In this document: positions 39,631-49,741 of the stretch, piece after piece
Numbering within the stretch: position 1 is the stretch's first letter
Layout: every line of letters starts with the position of its first letter
Assembly: GCA_027451365.1 (NCBI GenBank)
Contig: DAIDJN010000070.1
Span: 1-64,000 of the forward strand
Reading direction: 5' to 3'
DNA: 64,000 nucleotides
From: Phycisphaerales bacterium
Lineage (GTDB): Bacteria; Planctomycetota; Phycisphaerae; WQYP01
Notes under the pieces: model-generated
The model's database searches: none
Seen by the model: the letters and a program-made list of their open reading frames with translations, nothing else
Told to the model about the DNA's origin: nothing
Translations under genes and position numbers: made by a program

Positions 39631-41343
39631 TCAGGCTCGCACAGTCATTGAACCTCTGATGCGCGGCGTCAGCAGCAGCAGTGAACCGGCCGACAGCAGA
39701 AGGACGGCCGTGCCAGGCTCAGGAGTGGGTGTGCCGGTAATGGACATTTGGCTCCATTGTACATCACTGCCATTGCCGCCATTATTGTTGAAATATTGTA
39801 CTTGCGCCGGACCGCCAGTGGACAGGTCAATTTGGCCGGAAAAAATGACTGACTGGCCCGTAGCCGTATTTCCGGTCACACCAAGGGTGTAGTCGCCCGC
39901 ACCGTCAAGCAGTTTCAATGTAAAAATGTCATCCATCCGGTAATTATAAAGAATCGCGGTGCGCTGGACGGATCCATGGATATCCGTTGACCAGTATTTT
40001 CCACCGCCAAACGTGGTCATGGCAAACAGCGTCTTTCCCGCGGCATCCAGGAGGCGCCATCCCAGATTGGAATCGGCAGTAGCAGGAGTGGCGGGCGTCA
40101 GATTGCCTGGCGCGGTTTGCCCCTTGTTCAGATTGAAATCTGTGGTGAAGGTCTGGCCGGGAGCCAGATTATGCCCGAAATACCGCGTGGCGGTGGTGAT
40201 GTTTGAATTCAGTCCGGTATCCCCGGCGGAGCCGGGATAGACATAAATATCAAAGGCGGGTGTGGCCGCTCCAATGCCGGAATTTACCGGGCTGATGAAT
40301 CCAGCACCACCACCGCCGCCACCGGTCGGGCCGGTATAAACATATTGAACGTGCCATTGGCCAAACCCGGTGCCGCCGTCGGCCCCATTCAGGTTGCTGT
40401 TAACGGTATACAAATTATTGACATTATCTTGCGCAGAAGCGTTGCTGACGGTCGGTAGCGCGGCCTGATAAGCGCGGACATAATTTATTTTCATATCATA
40501 AGCGCCGGGGCCTGGAGTCTGGTATCCGGTGTAGCTGCCACCCACAGCCAGATTCATAATGATATAAAAAGGTTGATCAAACGGGGCATTTGTATTGCCC
40601 GCTGCGGCAGACGATGGTATCGTCCAGCCGCCGGTTTGCGTTTCATACAATTGACCATCCACATACCAGTTCATCTGCAACTGTTCCGTTCCTGGAATGG
40701 ATGGATTCGGTGTCGGATTCCATTGAAGATCATAGGTGTGCCATGCCGTGGTGGTCTGCCCGGAGGGGAGCGAATACACCTGCGTCTGGGTGTTCACATA
40801 GCCGGAGTTTGAGCCGGAATGCAGGCTTCCCTGTACCTGATCGGTGGCGCTGCCTTGGGATTCCATTACATCCATTTCACCGGACTGCGGCCACGCGCCA
40901 TAGGTCGAATTGGCGGGCATCATCCAGATGGCGGGCCAAAGCCCGGCACCGGCTGGCAACTGGGCGCGGAATTCAAAAAGACCATAAGTCTGGCTAAACA
41001 GGTTCTGCGTGGTAATGCGCCCGGAAGTGTAGGAAGTACCATTGCTGCCGGCTGTTCCGATCGCCTGAATGTTCAAATTGCCGCCCGAAACGTAAACGTT
41101 TTGCGATGAATTGGTATAAGTCTCCGATTCACCATTTCCCCAACCGCCATTGTTGCCCAGATCGTATGTCCAGCCATTCAGGGCCGATGTGGTTGTAAAC
41201 GTATCGTTAAAAGTCGGATTCCATTGCAGGCCGGTTGGTGCGCTGATGATCGGAACGTCTGACGCCAGCGCAATTCTGGAGGCAGATACCACGGCCAGCA
41301 GTGCGATGGGAAAAAGTGAGCCAAGATGACGATTCTGTTGCAC
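39631..41343 (-). CDS. GH16 glycoside hydrolase with extra domain and PEP-CTERM anchor
   Basis: Signal peptide; WPAIWMM, GEMDVME (ExDxxE), PFDQPFYIIMNLAVGG; C-terminal TPEPGT-TM-basic tail. Start inferred at GTG after GGAG. Confidence 0.88.
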   Translation of the reverse strand: MQQNRHLGSLFPIALLAVVSASRIALASDVPIISAPTGLQWNPTFNDTFTTTSALNGWTYDLGNNGGWGNGESETYTNSSQNVYVSGGNLNIQAIGTAGSNGTSYTSGRITTQNLFSQTYGLFEFRAQLPAGAGLWPAIWMMPANSTYGAWPQSGEMDVMESQGSATDQVQGSLHSGSNSGYVNTQTQVYSLPSGQTTTAWHTYDLQWNPTPNPSIPGTEQLQMNWYVDGQLYETQTGGWTIPSSAAAGNTNAPFDQPFYIIMNLAVGGSYTGYQTPGPGAYDMKINYVRAYQAALPTVSNASAQDNVNNLYTVNSNLNGADGGTGFGQWHVQYVYTGPTGGGGGGAGFISPVNSGIGAATPAFDIYVYPGSAGDTGLNSNITTATRYFGHNLAPGQTFTTDFNLNKGQTAPGNLTPATPATADSNLGWRLLDAAGKTLFAMTTFGGGKYWSTDIHGSVQRTAILYNYRMDDIFTLKLLDGAGDYTLGVTGNTATGQSVIFSGQIDLSTGGPAQVQYFNNNGGNGSDVQWSQMSITGTPTPEPGTAVLLLSAGSLLLLTPRIRGSMTVRA

Positions 41344-41611
41344 GAGCCAACTCCAATAAATATGCCATATAAGCGGGTTAACCAATCACCATCGGGATTT
41401 GGAAAATTGATCGCAGAATTCCGGTCTACGCATCTGTGGGTATCGTTGTGGACCTGTTATTAAACTACAATCGGCATCCCGCCAAAATTAGCGCCTATGG
41501 TCAAGTCTGCGGATCTTCAGGTTCATGATAAAAGCGGATTTTCTGCGAAAATAATATAGAGGTGATAGCGGCCCAGCGCCAATGCAAAGCATGTTCGCCG
41601 GAATAGCTAAG

Positions 41612-41646
41612 AAAAAAGGATCAGACCGCATTGTGCGGTCTGATCC
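41612..41646 (-). terminator. Intrinsic terminator
   Basis: 13-bp perfect stem GGATCAGACCGCA/TGCGGTCTGATCC with a 6-U tract on the minus strand. Confidence 0.85.
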
Positions 41647-41785
41647 AGTTATCATCCGCAGTTCGCCGACAGTCCGCGGGCAATGCTGGATTGCAGTGCC
41701 CGTGACCGCAGGAAGCGGCGTTGTAAGCTATCAGCCCTGTGCCAAGCGGGAAAATTGACGCGTAAACACGCCGGTGCCGCTGAGT

Positions 41786-42445
41786 TCAGGCCAGTCGGCG
41801 ACGACGTAAGACCAGCAAGGATGCCGCGCCAATTGCCAGGATACCCAAAGAAGCAGGTTCCGGGGTCGGAGCTTGCGGGGAGAGACTGACATTATCTATA
41901 TACGCGTGAGAGACCGACCCGGTGGTGGCACCGGTGATCGCGTTAAACGATAGAAACACGGCCGATGCGCCCGTGGGAGCCGTAAAATTCTGACTGGTGA
42001 GCTGATAGCCGGCCGCGGTGCCAAAATTCGACGTGGTTGTCGGCAGGTTAATAAAGGAAGGCGAGCCTGGAAGGATGCCTCCAGTAGAGTTCATGAATTC
42101 AAACTGAGCCTGCGCAATACCTCCATTAGCACCCTGAAATTCACTGTAAAAGCTAAGCGTATATTGCGTGCCCTGGGTGACGGAACCGAACGCGGTCTGC
42201 TGAAATACGTTTGCGTTGGAAGCCTCAACGGTGTTATTCAGATCGGCTTCGAATGATCCGCTGTATGGGTTGGTATTGTCTTGGGACGCGCCCGGGGCGT
42301 ATTGCCAGTCATTGGCAGTGGGGGGCGACGTGGGAGCGGTTTCAAAACCAGGATTATTGATGATATTGGTGGCGCGGGTCATCTGGGCGCCAAAGGCAAC
42401 TGCACATATCGCTGCACAAACAGAAATTGTCTTAACCAAAAACAT
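41786..42445 (-). CDS. PEP-CTERM protein with carbohydrate-binding-like beta-sandwich (CBM4/9-like)
   Basis: Signal peptide; NIINNPGFE...YTLSF...YIDNVSL; TPEPASL-TM-RRRR. Confidence 0.85.
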   Translation of the reverse strand: MFLVKTISVCAAICAVAFGAQMTRATNIINNPGFETAPTSPPTANDWQYAPGASQDNTNPYSGSFEADLNNTVEASNANVFQQTAFGSVTQGTQYTLSFYSEFQGANGGIAQAQFEFMNSTGGILPGSPSFINLPTTTSNFGTAAGYQLTSQNFTAPTGASAVFLSFNAITGATTGSVSHAYIDNVSLSPQAPTPEPASLGILAIGAASLLVLRRRRLA

Positions 42446-42712
42446 AATGATTCTCCTAACTGGAAAGATTAATAAAACAACTCAACAGGCGATCTTATCC
42501 GGCATGTACACCTCCTTTTTTTTACAGGCATGCCATGAAACTCGGCGGCCACATTGGCCGCTGTACCCGTCTGCAATTCTGATGTATTGGATTTCCCCGT
42601 CCATCAGACAGTGTGCTCGTGTTGCGCGTCGCGGGCGTTATTTCAATCTTTGGGCCGGATATGCGGCGGCATTGCCGATGGTCGCGTGAAACTCGCCTCA
42701 CATGTCCGAAAC

Positions 42713-42757
42713 AAAAACAGAGGAGTCGCGATCATGCGTGCAATCGCGACTCCCCCG
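42713..42757 (-). terminator. Intrinsic terminator
   Basis: Stem GGAGTCGCGAT/ATCGCGACTCC, extended by G-U pairs, followed by 5 U on the minus strand. Confidence 0.75.
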
Positions 42758-42801
42758 GCACAAGTTGCGTTAAACCGACAAAAGACAGGTCACCACGAGC
42801 A

Positions 42802-43722
42802 TCACCGCGCCAGCTTGCGGCGAAGCAGCATGAGCGACATTCCGCCGATTGCAAAAAGGCCAAGTGTGGCCGGTTCGGGAGTCGTGGCAAGGGGATTTGT
42901 GGAATCAAATGTCAATCCGGATACGGTGCCGTGGTCGGCATAACTGGCACCGGTGTTGTACTGCGCGACGGAAAGAGTCAGCACATCTCCGGCCTGAGCA
43001 CCGGCCACATTGAAGAAGTACCAGGTGTTCTGTCCGCCTGAAAGCGTTGTGGGAAAATATATTTCCGGGTTCGCGGTCGCCGATCCACCGTTGCTATCGG
43101 AAATGGTGACTTGCGACGGGCTGTCCAGATACTGGTCTTCCAGCACACCAATATAAAGGTTTTTGGGCGCGCCAGCTCCGACGGTCATGGTGACCAGAGG
43201 TTCCGGCGTGTTGTAGGCCGTCGGTGTCGGGCCGTAAGCCACGCCAAGTTCAACGGTGTTGCTGACGGAGCCGTCACGGGCGTAAATGGCGCCGTAGCCG
43301 TAGCCTGAATCCCACTGGCTGTTCATGGCCGAGTCTGAAAGCGACAGATAGGTCGGTGTTTTGAGCAACGTGGTGGTGACCCCGCCATTTGGCGCACCGA
43401 CGACGCCATTGAGCGTCATCGGGTCAAGTGCCGATGTATAATGGGTATCACCGTTGTAGTCGTAGGAACCTGAAGCGGTACCCGTCGGAGTTGTGGCATA
43501 CATCAGGTAGCCATCATGTCCATACACACTGTCCCCGGCACCGGTTGTAACGACCGGCGCGGTCCAGGTTGTGCCGTAATTGCCCGAACTGTTCGTGGGC
43601 GTGGTGGTGGTGCCGTTCATCAGGCTGACGGTTGCAGCCGACGCCACGCCAGCAGAAAGTATCATGCCCGCCGTCCCGCACGCAAGAACAATTGCCGACC
43701 GTTTTGAGAAAGAACTTTTCAT
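42802..43722 (-). CDS. PEP-CTERM protein, Thr/Gly/Tyr-rich, unknown function
   Basis: Signal peptide ending ASA; C-terminal TPEPATL-TM-RRK; GGAGG RBS. Confidence 0.85.
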   Translation of the reverse strand: MKSSFSKRSAIVLACGTAGMILSAGVASAATVSLMNGTTTTPTNSSGNYGTTWTAPVVTTGAGDSVYGHDGYLMYATTPTGTASGSYDYNGDTHYTSALDPMTLNGVVGAPNGGVTTTLLKTPTYLSLSDSAMNSQWDSGYGYGAIYARDGSVSNTVELGVAYGPTPTAYNTPEPLVTMTVGAGAPKNLYIGVLEDQYLDSPSQVTISDSNGGSATANPEIYFPTTLSGGQNTWYFFNVAGAQAGDVLTLSVAQYNTGASYADHGTVSGLTFDSTNPLATTPEPATLGLFAIGGMSLMLLRRKLAR

Positions 43723-43928
43723 GAGATGCCTCCAGAAAAAACAAACAGATACGACCTGAAACAATCACATTGATTGTTTGATAGCATTACATATGTCACG
43801 ACATCCATACCGTGAAAGGCCGATTTATTACGCTGGCCGGGCACACAAGTGGCGTGACTTTCACGCCGGTGGGTCAATGGCAATCAGATGCTTGCCCCGT
43901 CGCAGGCGGGGGAAAAGCCTCTGGCTTA

Positions 43929-44897
43929 TTAAAACTCCGGTTGCCCTGTGGGCAATTGCGGGTTGATAATGTTGCGGATTTTAAGGCCCACGGCACCAGT
44001 GGCCCCGGCGGCCGCGGGGGCAGCCCCCGGAACGTTGGAATTTTCCGGAACCGCGGACACGTGACCGTCAAAAAACAGGCAGTTGGCCAACCCCATACCC
44101 TTTACCGTTGAGCCGTGGCGGTATCGGATGCCGGTCATATTGTTGATAAAATTGGGAATGGAGCCGTTATCCGTATTGGTATTTTCCCCGGCAATCAGTC
44201 CGTCCGGAGGCACCAGATAATTGGCGTCGTTGATATATGCCGAGGCTGGCGCGCCGGCACCTGAACCATTTTGGATAAACTCGCTCAGGATTGGCCAACA
44301 GCCTCCCCAGGTGGAGGTCTGATTGGCGTCCGCAACGGCTACTTCCGACGCGGGCGATTGCACATCCGAATAATGGAACGTGGTGAACAACTTGGAATAT
44401 TGACTGGGGGCATAGGTGTCAAAATAATTCGGGTTCGCCGCATAACTTGACCAATACCATCCTTGGGGACCCCAAGCCGGGCTAAGAATGGGCCGAATGG
44501 CGGCCGAAGGACATTCAAAAGTCCCCAGAAACGCTCCGGCGCTAGAGGTGATCAGGCTCGGCGTGGCTCCGGCCGCCACCTGATTCCAGTACGTGAATGG
44601 CGACACATCGTGGGAATAGCAGAACAGTTGTATATACCATTCATTGGGTCCGTACATCGCATAATTGGTGTCATAACTGTTGCCGTAAGGAATTGCGCCT
44701 TCATAGCTATTGGAATATTCATTGAGCAGTTGGCCGATGCCGCGCAGGTTGGCGGCACAAACCGTGGTCATGGCTGACTGCTTCGCTTGGGCCAGCGCTG
44801 GAAGTAAAAGGGAAATCAGCAATGCAATGATGGATATCACCACCAGGAGTTCGACCAGGGTAAACGCCCGTCGGACTTTGCGCGATAAATTCAGCAT
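43929..44897 (-). CDS. Prepilin-type N-terminal cleavage/methylation protein (DUF1559-like, H-X-DG C-terminal motif)
   Basis: [41 protein letters not shown]...ANCLFFDGHV; AGGAGG RBS. Confidence 0.92.
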   Translation of the reverse strand: MLNLSRKVRRAFTLVELLVVISIIALLISLLLPALAQAKQSAMTTVCAANLRGIGQLLNEYSNSYEGAIPYGNSYDTNYAMYGPNEWYIQLFCYSHDVSPFTYWNQVAAGATPSLITSSAGAFLGTFECPSAAIRPILSPAWGPQGWYWSSYAANPNYFDTYAPSQYSKLFTTFHYSDVQSPASEVAVADANQTSTWGGCWPILSEFIQNGSGAGAPASAYINDANYLVPPDGLIAGENTNTDNGSIPNFINNMTGIRYRHGSTVKGMGLANCLFFDGHVSAVPENSNVPGAAPAAAGATGAVGLKIRNIINPQLPTGQPEF

Positions 44898-45074
44898 GAC
44901 AGCACCTCCTGAAATCAAAGAAGTCAAATTCGCGGTCGGATGGTTCGGGCGCGGCAGCGAGAAACCTTTTAAGCGTACCGAATCGTGCCAACCGGCGTAA
45001 CTAAACAGACCGTCAGGTGCCGCGAATTGGCACCGGTGAAACAACGTCGCAGCGACTGTGTAAACAACAGATAC

Positions 45075-45119
45075 TGCAACTGTTGCATATAGCTTAGTCC
45101 AATAAGAATCACCTGTCAA
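45075..45119 (-). promoter_or_regulatory. Sigma70-type promoter with palindromic operator over the start site
   Basis: TTGACA (45119-45114), 17 bp, TAAGCT (45096-45091); TGCAAC-T-GTTGCA palindrome at 45075-45087. Confidence 0.75.
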
Positions 45120-45406
45120 GTTTTTCTGAAAATTATTTTTCCCGGCCCGGCATTCTCCCGTCCCACCGCCCCGGATGCGCCGAATTTCGGCAACTTATTG
45201 ACTCATGCCATGGTCCGCATGAGCCAGCGCCAAGTTCCCCTATTCCGGTCGGAAAACCGGCCAAATTGAAATGCCATGGCGATACCCGACCCCAAGGCAC
45301 AATATAAAACTACCTTGCAACGTTCCGCCATGAGGGGTATCGTCAAGGATTGTCCGCAGGCCCAAAAAGGCCGCTTGAACCGATAGTCTATTGAATAAGG
45401 CGATAC

Positions 45407-46729
45407 ATGGAGCCAGATGTTTCACTTTTAGGTGAATTGGGTAATACCTCGATTGTTGGATTGCAGTGGGGCGATGAGGGCAAGGGAAAGATTGTCGACC
45501 TTTTAACCGGCCGGTTCGACTTTGCCATCCGCTGGAACGGCGGATCCAACGCCGGCCATTCGGTGAAAGTGGGCGACAAAAAATATGCCTTTCACCTGAT
45601 CCCAAGCGGCATTCTTCGCACCAAATGTACTTGCGTACTGGCCAACGGCGTGGTCATTGACCCCATTGCTCTGCTGGGGGAAATGGATCAGTTGGCCGGT
45701 CAGGGTGTGGAAATCGGCGATAATTTTAGAATTTCTTCCCAAGCTCATGTGGTTTTGCCCTACCACAAGCTGCAGGACCAGCTTTCAGAAAACCGTCTGG
45801 CTGCGGGAAAAATTGGCACCACCGCCCGCGGAATTGGGCCGTGCTACGCTGACAAGGCCAGTCGTACCGGGGCGGTGCGCGTGGCCGACCTGCTGGATAA
45901 CCATCGCCTGGCCGATAAGATTCAACGGATTACAGAAGAAAAAAACGCGCTGTTCGCCGCGCTTTATGGCGCTGCGCCATTAAACTGGCGCGATATTTTT
46001 GAACAGGCCAGCGATTGCGGCCAGCAGCTGCGCCCCCATGTCTGCAATACCACGCAGCTTCTGCATCAGGCTCTGGAGCGCGACCAGCGGCTGTTGTTTG
46101 AAGGGGCCAATGCTGTTCTGCTGGACCTGGACCATGGCACTTTCCCGTTCGTTACCAGCAGCAATTGCGGTACCGGATTAAGCGCCGGCTCTGGTGTGCC
46201 GGCCACCAAACTGAACACCATTCTGGGTGTCGTCAAGGCTTATTGCAGCCGCGTGGGCGGCGGCCCGTTCCCTACGGAACAGGACAACGAAATTGGCGGA
46301 AAAATTCGCCAGCGCGGCAACGAATATGGCACCACCACCGGACGACCGCGGCGCTGCGGCTGGCTGGACCTGGTGGCCCTGCGGTATGCGGCCCGTATTT
46401 GCGGCGTAACCGGCTTGTGCATCATGCTGCTGGATGTACTGGCCACGTTTGATACTCTGAAAGTTTGCACCGCCTATGAAATTGATGGCAAACGCACGGA
46501 CTGGTTTGAACCCGACGCACTGGAGTTGGCCAAGGCCGTGCCGATTTACGAGGAATTGCCCGGCTGGCACGCGCCGCTGGATCGTATGGAATCTGTCGAT
46601 GAATTGCCCCCACAGGCCCGCCGTTACCTGGACCGCATAGAATCGTTTGTGCGCGTACCAGTGCGCGTGGTAAGTGTAGGCCCTGCGAGGCATCAGACAC
46701 TTATTATCGGGGCCGCCACGCCGGTTTAG
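45407..46729 (+). CDS. purA: Adenylosuccinate synthetase
   Basis: QWGDEGKGK, GGSNAGH, IGTTARGIGP, EYGTTTGRPRRCGW. Confidence 0.98.
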   Translation: MEPDVSLLGELGNTSIVGLQWGDEGKGKIVDLLTGRFDFAIRWNGGSNAGHSVKVGDKKYAFHLIPSGILRTKCTCVLANGVVIDPIALLGEMDQLAGQGVEIGDNFRISSQAHVVLPYHKLQDQLSENRLAAGKIGTTARGIGPCYADKASRTGAVRVADLLDNHRLADKIQRITEEKNALFAALYGAAPLNWRDIFEQASDCGQQLRPHVCNTTQLLHQALERDQRLLFEGANAVLLDLDHGTFPFVTSSNCGTGLSAGSGVPATKLNTILGVVKAYCSRVGGGPFPTEQDNEIGGKIRQRGNEYGTTTGRPRRCGWLDLVALRYAARICGVTGLCIMLLDVLATFDTLKVCTAYEIDGKRTDWFEPDALELAKAVPIYEELPGWHAPLDRMESVDELPPQARRYLDRIESFVRVPVRVVSVGPARHQTLIIGAATPV

Positions 46730-46795
46730 TATGAAACGCAGCGCCGATCCGGTGACACACCGGCGGGCGGCGCGGTCGGAACAGTCGGAATCAAC

Positions 46796-47584
46796 ATGCG
46801 GACGAAAACACCCACTGAAATGCCGGATATTCCGGCCACCTCCGCTGCGGAAAACCGTCCGCGGCATGTCGCCATTATTATGGACGGCAATGGCCGCTGG
46901 GCACAGCGGCGCGGCAAGCCGCGAACCGCCGGCCATCGGCAGGGAGCCAGTACTGCCCATGAAATCATCGAACATGCGGCCCGACTGAAGCTGGACCAAT
47001 TAACGTTGTACAGTTTTTCCATTGAAAATTGGCGCCGCCCCGCTGACGAAGTCGCCACGCTGATGAATCTATATCTTGAATATCTGCGGTCGCAGCGAAA
47101 ATTAATGATGGAAAACAATATCCGGTTCCGACAGATCGGCCGGCGCGACGGACTGCCCGCTGAAGTTCTGCGCGAAATAGATGACACGATGGCCGCTCTG
47201 GACGCAAATACCGGAATGACACTCTGCCTGGCGGTGAATTATGGCGCGCGGGCGGAACTCGTGGATGCGGCCCGCTCCATTGGCCGCCGAGTCGCCGCTG
47301 GAGACCTTTCGCCCGATGCCATTGACGAGCAGTTGATTCAGGACAATTTATATACCCGTGGCATGCCCGACCCGGATTTGTTGATTCGCACCGCCGGGGA
47401 AATGCGCGTCAGCAATTTTCTCCTTTGGCAGATCAGTTACGCCGAATTGTATGTAACCAATGTCTGCTGGCCCGAATTTACCGCGGCTCATTTTGATGAA
47501 GCGCTGGCCACTTATGCCCGACGCCAGCGGCGGTTTGGCGGTCTGGAAGCGAGTTCGGAAGCGTCCCCCGGACCATCGGAATAA
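46796..47584 (+). CDS. uppS: Undecaprenyl diphosphate synthase (cis-prenyltransferase)
   Basis: HVAIIMDGNGRWA, FSIENWRRP, DLLIRTAGEMRVSNFLLWQ. Confidence 0.97.
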   Translation: MRTKTPTEMPDIPATSAAENRPRHVAIIMDGNGRWAQRRGKPRTAGHRQGASTAHEIIEHAARLKLDQLTLYSFSIENWRRPADEVATLMNLYLEYLRSQRKLMMENNIRFRQIGRRDGLPAEVLREIDDTMAALDANTGMTLCLAVNYGARAELVDAARSIGRRVAAGDLSPDAIDEQLIQDNLYTRGMPDPDLLIRTAGEMRVSNFLLWQISYAELYVTNVCWPEFTAAHFDEALATYARRQRRFGGLEASSEASPGPSE

Positions 47585-47678
47585 ACTGGAATAGCCACAA
47601 GTTGGCCGTATTTCAGTATTCTGGTAATCAACTATATGCACCGCGACGTCCAACGCGCCGGTGTTACCGGAGTTCACC

Positions 47679-48512
47679 ATGCAGCCAGATCAGTCATTGA
47701 CCGCAACAATTCAGGACCGTGTCACGCTTGCGTCATTGCGAAGCATGGCGGCGGCACATAAGCCGATAGCCATGCTTACCTGCTATGACCACCCGACGGC
47801 CCACATTCTGGCCGCCGCCGGCCTGCATATTCTGCTGGTTGGAGATTCCGCGGCGACCACAGTGCTTGGCGAAGATTCCACCACTGCGGCGACCATGGAT
47901 TTTATGGTGCAGATAACCCGTGCCGTGCGGCGCGGCGCCCCGAATTTACTGGTGATGGCCGACATGCCCTTTGCCAGCTACCCCGATATTCCCACGGCCA
48001 CCCAAAACGCCCGCAGGTTTGTACAGGACGCCGGGGCCGATGCCGTTAAACTTGAATGCGATGGCCGCCATCTGGAAATTGTCCGTTCGCTGGCGGCCTC
48101 AGGAATAGTGGTTTGTGCACACCTTGGGTTGCTGCCTCAGCGGGCCGTTCAACACGGCGGCTACAAAGCCCGTGGTCGCACTGCCGATGAGGCCGACCGC
48201 ATCGTGCGGGATGCCGCCCAGCTTTCAGCCGCCGGCGCGGAATTGATTCTGCTTGAAGCCGTGCCCGATGAAGTCAGTTGCCGGGTCATTGCCGCGGTGA
48301 ATTGTCCTGTGCTCGGTTGCGGTGCCGGGGCGAGTTGCCATGGACATGTGGTGGTGCTGCATGACATGCTCGGTTTCAATGTCCGTCCGCCACGGTTTGT
48401 CGACAAGCTTGCAGATCTGCCGGCAGTTATTGACCAAGCCGCCCGAACCTATGTTCAAGCCGTAGCCAGTCGCCAATATCCGGCCGATCGTCATGCGTAT
48501 CACATGAAATAA
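47679..48512 (+). CDS. panB: 3-methyl-2-oxobutanoate hydroxymethyltransferase
   Basis: MLTCYD, LLVGDS, ADMPF, AVKLE, HLGLLPQ, GCGAG. Confidence 0.95.
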   Translation: MQPDQSLTATIQDRVTLASLRSMAAAHKPIAMLTCYDHPTAHILAAAGLHILLVGDSAATTVLGEDSTTAATMDFMVQITRAVRRGAPNLLVMADMPFASYPDIPTATQNARRFVQDAGADAVKLECDGRHLEIVRSLAASGIVVCAHLGLLPQRAVQHGGYKARGRTADEADRIVRDAAQLSAAGAELILLEAVPDEVSCRVIAAVNCPVLGCGAGASCHGHVVVLHDMLGFNVRPPRFVDKLADLPAVIDQAARTYVQAVASRQYPADRHAYHMK

Positions 48513-48860
48513 ACCTGTGAAACTCAACGGGCACAACCAAGTGGTCTGACCCGCAAATCCAGGCGAATGCAACGCTGACAACGTACTGGATAAAGACCGC
48601 CTGACCTGTGCTGTCTGGTTCCCGGGCCGCGGAAGGCTTTACCCGTGAGTAGCCGGTGCAGCAGGTCCAACCAACTGGACCAAACAATTCGCGTATAGAC
48701 GGCTTGCCGCAACTCTGCCAACACGGCAGGGCCTTCCTCGGTAAAGCCTGGTTTGGCAGGTATTTGGCCAGGCTCTTAGACACACCTGAATGCCGCCGGA
48801 ATGGCCATAACCATATTGTATTAAAGTGTTTATGAATTCGCTCGTCATTCCCATTGAGTT

Positions 48861-48877
48861 GCGGTACGGGCTTTGCT
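48861..48877 (+). promoter_or_regulatory. Putative sigma54 (-24/-12) promoter
   Basis: GCGGTACGGGCTTTGCT has GG-N10-GC spacing and resembles TGGCACGNNNNTTGC. AT-rich IHF-like tract at about 48807-48835. Confidence 0.6.
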
Positions 48878-49016
48878 AGCGTCTGGCGCGGTCAGGCTTG
48901 GCTTTTGAAGCCCTTGGAGGCCTAAATCGCGCGATAGTCGCCACCACCGGGGTGGCGAAAATCGCAGTCAGAACAAAATGCCATGGAAGTCGGCAGAAGC
49001 CAAATGAAGTCTATGC

Positions 49017-49607
49017 ATGAAAACGGCCTCACGACTCAATGTGCTGTTAACCCGGCCGGCGCGCCCGGCACCGGTTCGTGCGGATGCCGCACGCCGACCA
49101 GACTGGCAGGATTTGGTTTGCCAGCTGCTTGCCCCGCTTCAGGTTCAGACCTTTGTGGCGACGAGTGGCTCGGACGCGATTGACCTCGTGGAACGCCACG
49201 TCATGCACCTGGCTGTGGTGGATGCACAACTTCCGCCGGGAAATCAGCCCGCCATGGATGCAATGACCGTCCTGCGTCTGATTCATCGGCTCTCGCGCCC
49301 GGTGCCAGGTGGAACTATCGCCGGCAATGGCGCGGTGGCCGAAGGACTGGGGCCTGCGGAATCTGGGCAGGCGCGGTCAATTCCCGTGAGCGGATTGACC
49401 GGTACGCAGAATCTGCGGCAGGGCGGCTTTTCCGGAGGACCGCTGGTGATCCTTCTGGTTCGCCAAACCGAAGACCGGCTCATCCGCGAGGCGCTCCGGC
49501 AGGATGTCTTTTCGGTATTGCCCGACCCGTTGCAGGTCAACGACCTGCTGGATGTGATGGCCAGGGCCTTACGCCGGTGTTATGGCGAGGGTTGGCCGAA
49601 ACAATAA
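49017..49607 (+). CDS. Atypical stand-alone receiver-domain protein
   Basis: ATSGSDAIDLV...LAVVD..LP..DAMTVL...VILL...REAL...FSVLPDP pattern; about 45-aa Gly-rich insertion. Confidence 0.7.
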   Translation: MKTASRLNVLLTRPARPAPVRADAARRPDWQDLVCQLLAPLQVQTFVATSGSDAIDLVERHVMHLAVVDAQLPPGNQPAMDAMTVLRLIHRLSRPVPGGTIAGNGAVAEGLGPAESGQARSIPVSGLTGTQNLRQGGFSGGPLVILLVRQTEDRLIREALRQDVFSVLPDPLQVNDLLDVMARALRRCYGEGWPKQ

Positions 49608-49741
49608 CCGCGGGCTGAATAACCAGCCCGGCCGCGGGGTGCCCGACGGCCCAAGTGAACTGTATGGCAAACCCTGATGTAGGGGTTTGTTGATTATGTA
49701 GATGTTTAATAGTCTGCTGTTCTTAATAAAGGAGAAAACGC

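Noticed and set aside
49608..49741. CIRCE element before groES
   Set aside because: No TTAGCACTC-N9-GAGTGCTAA match seen here or upstream of the receiver gene.
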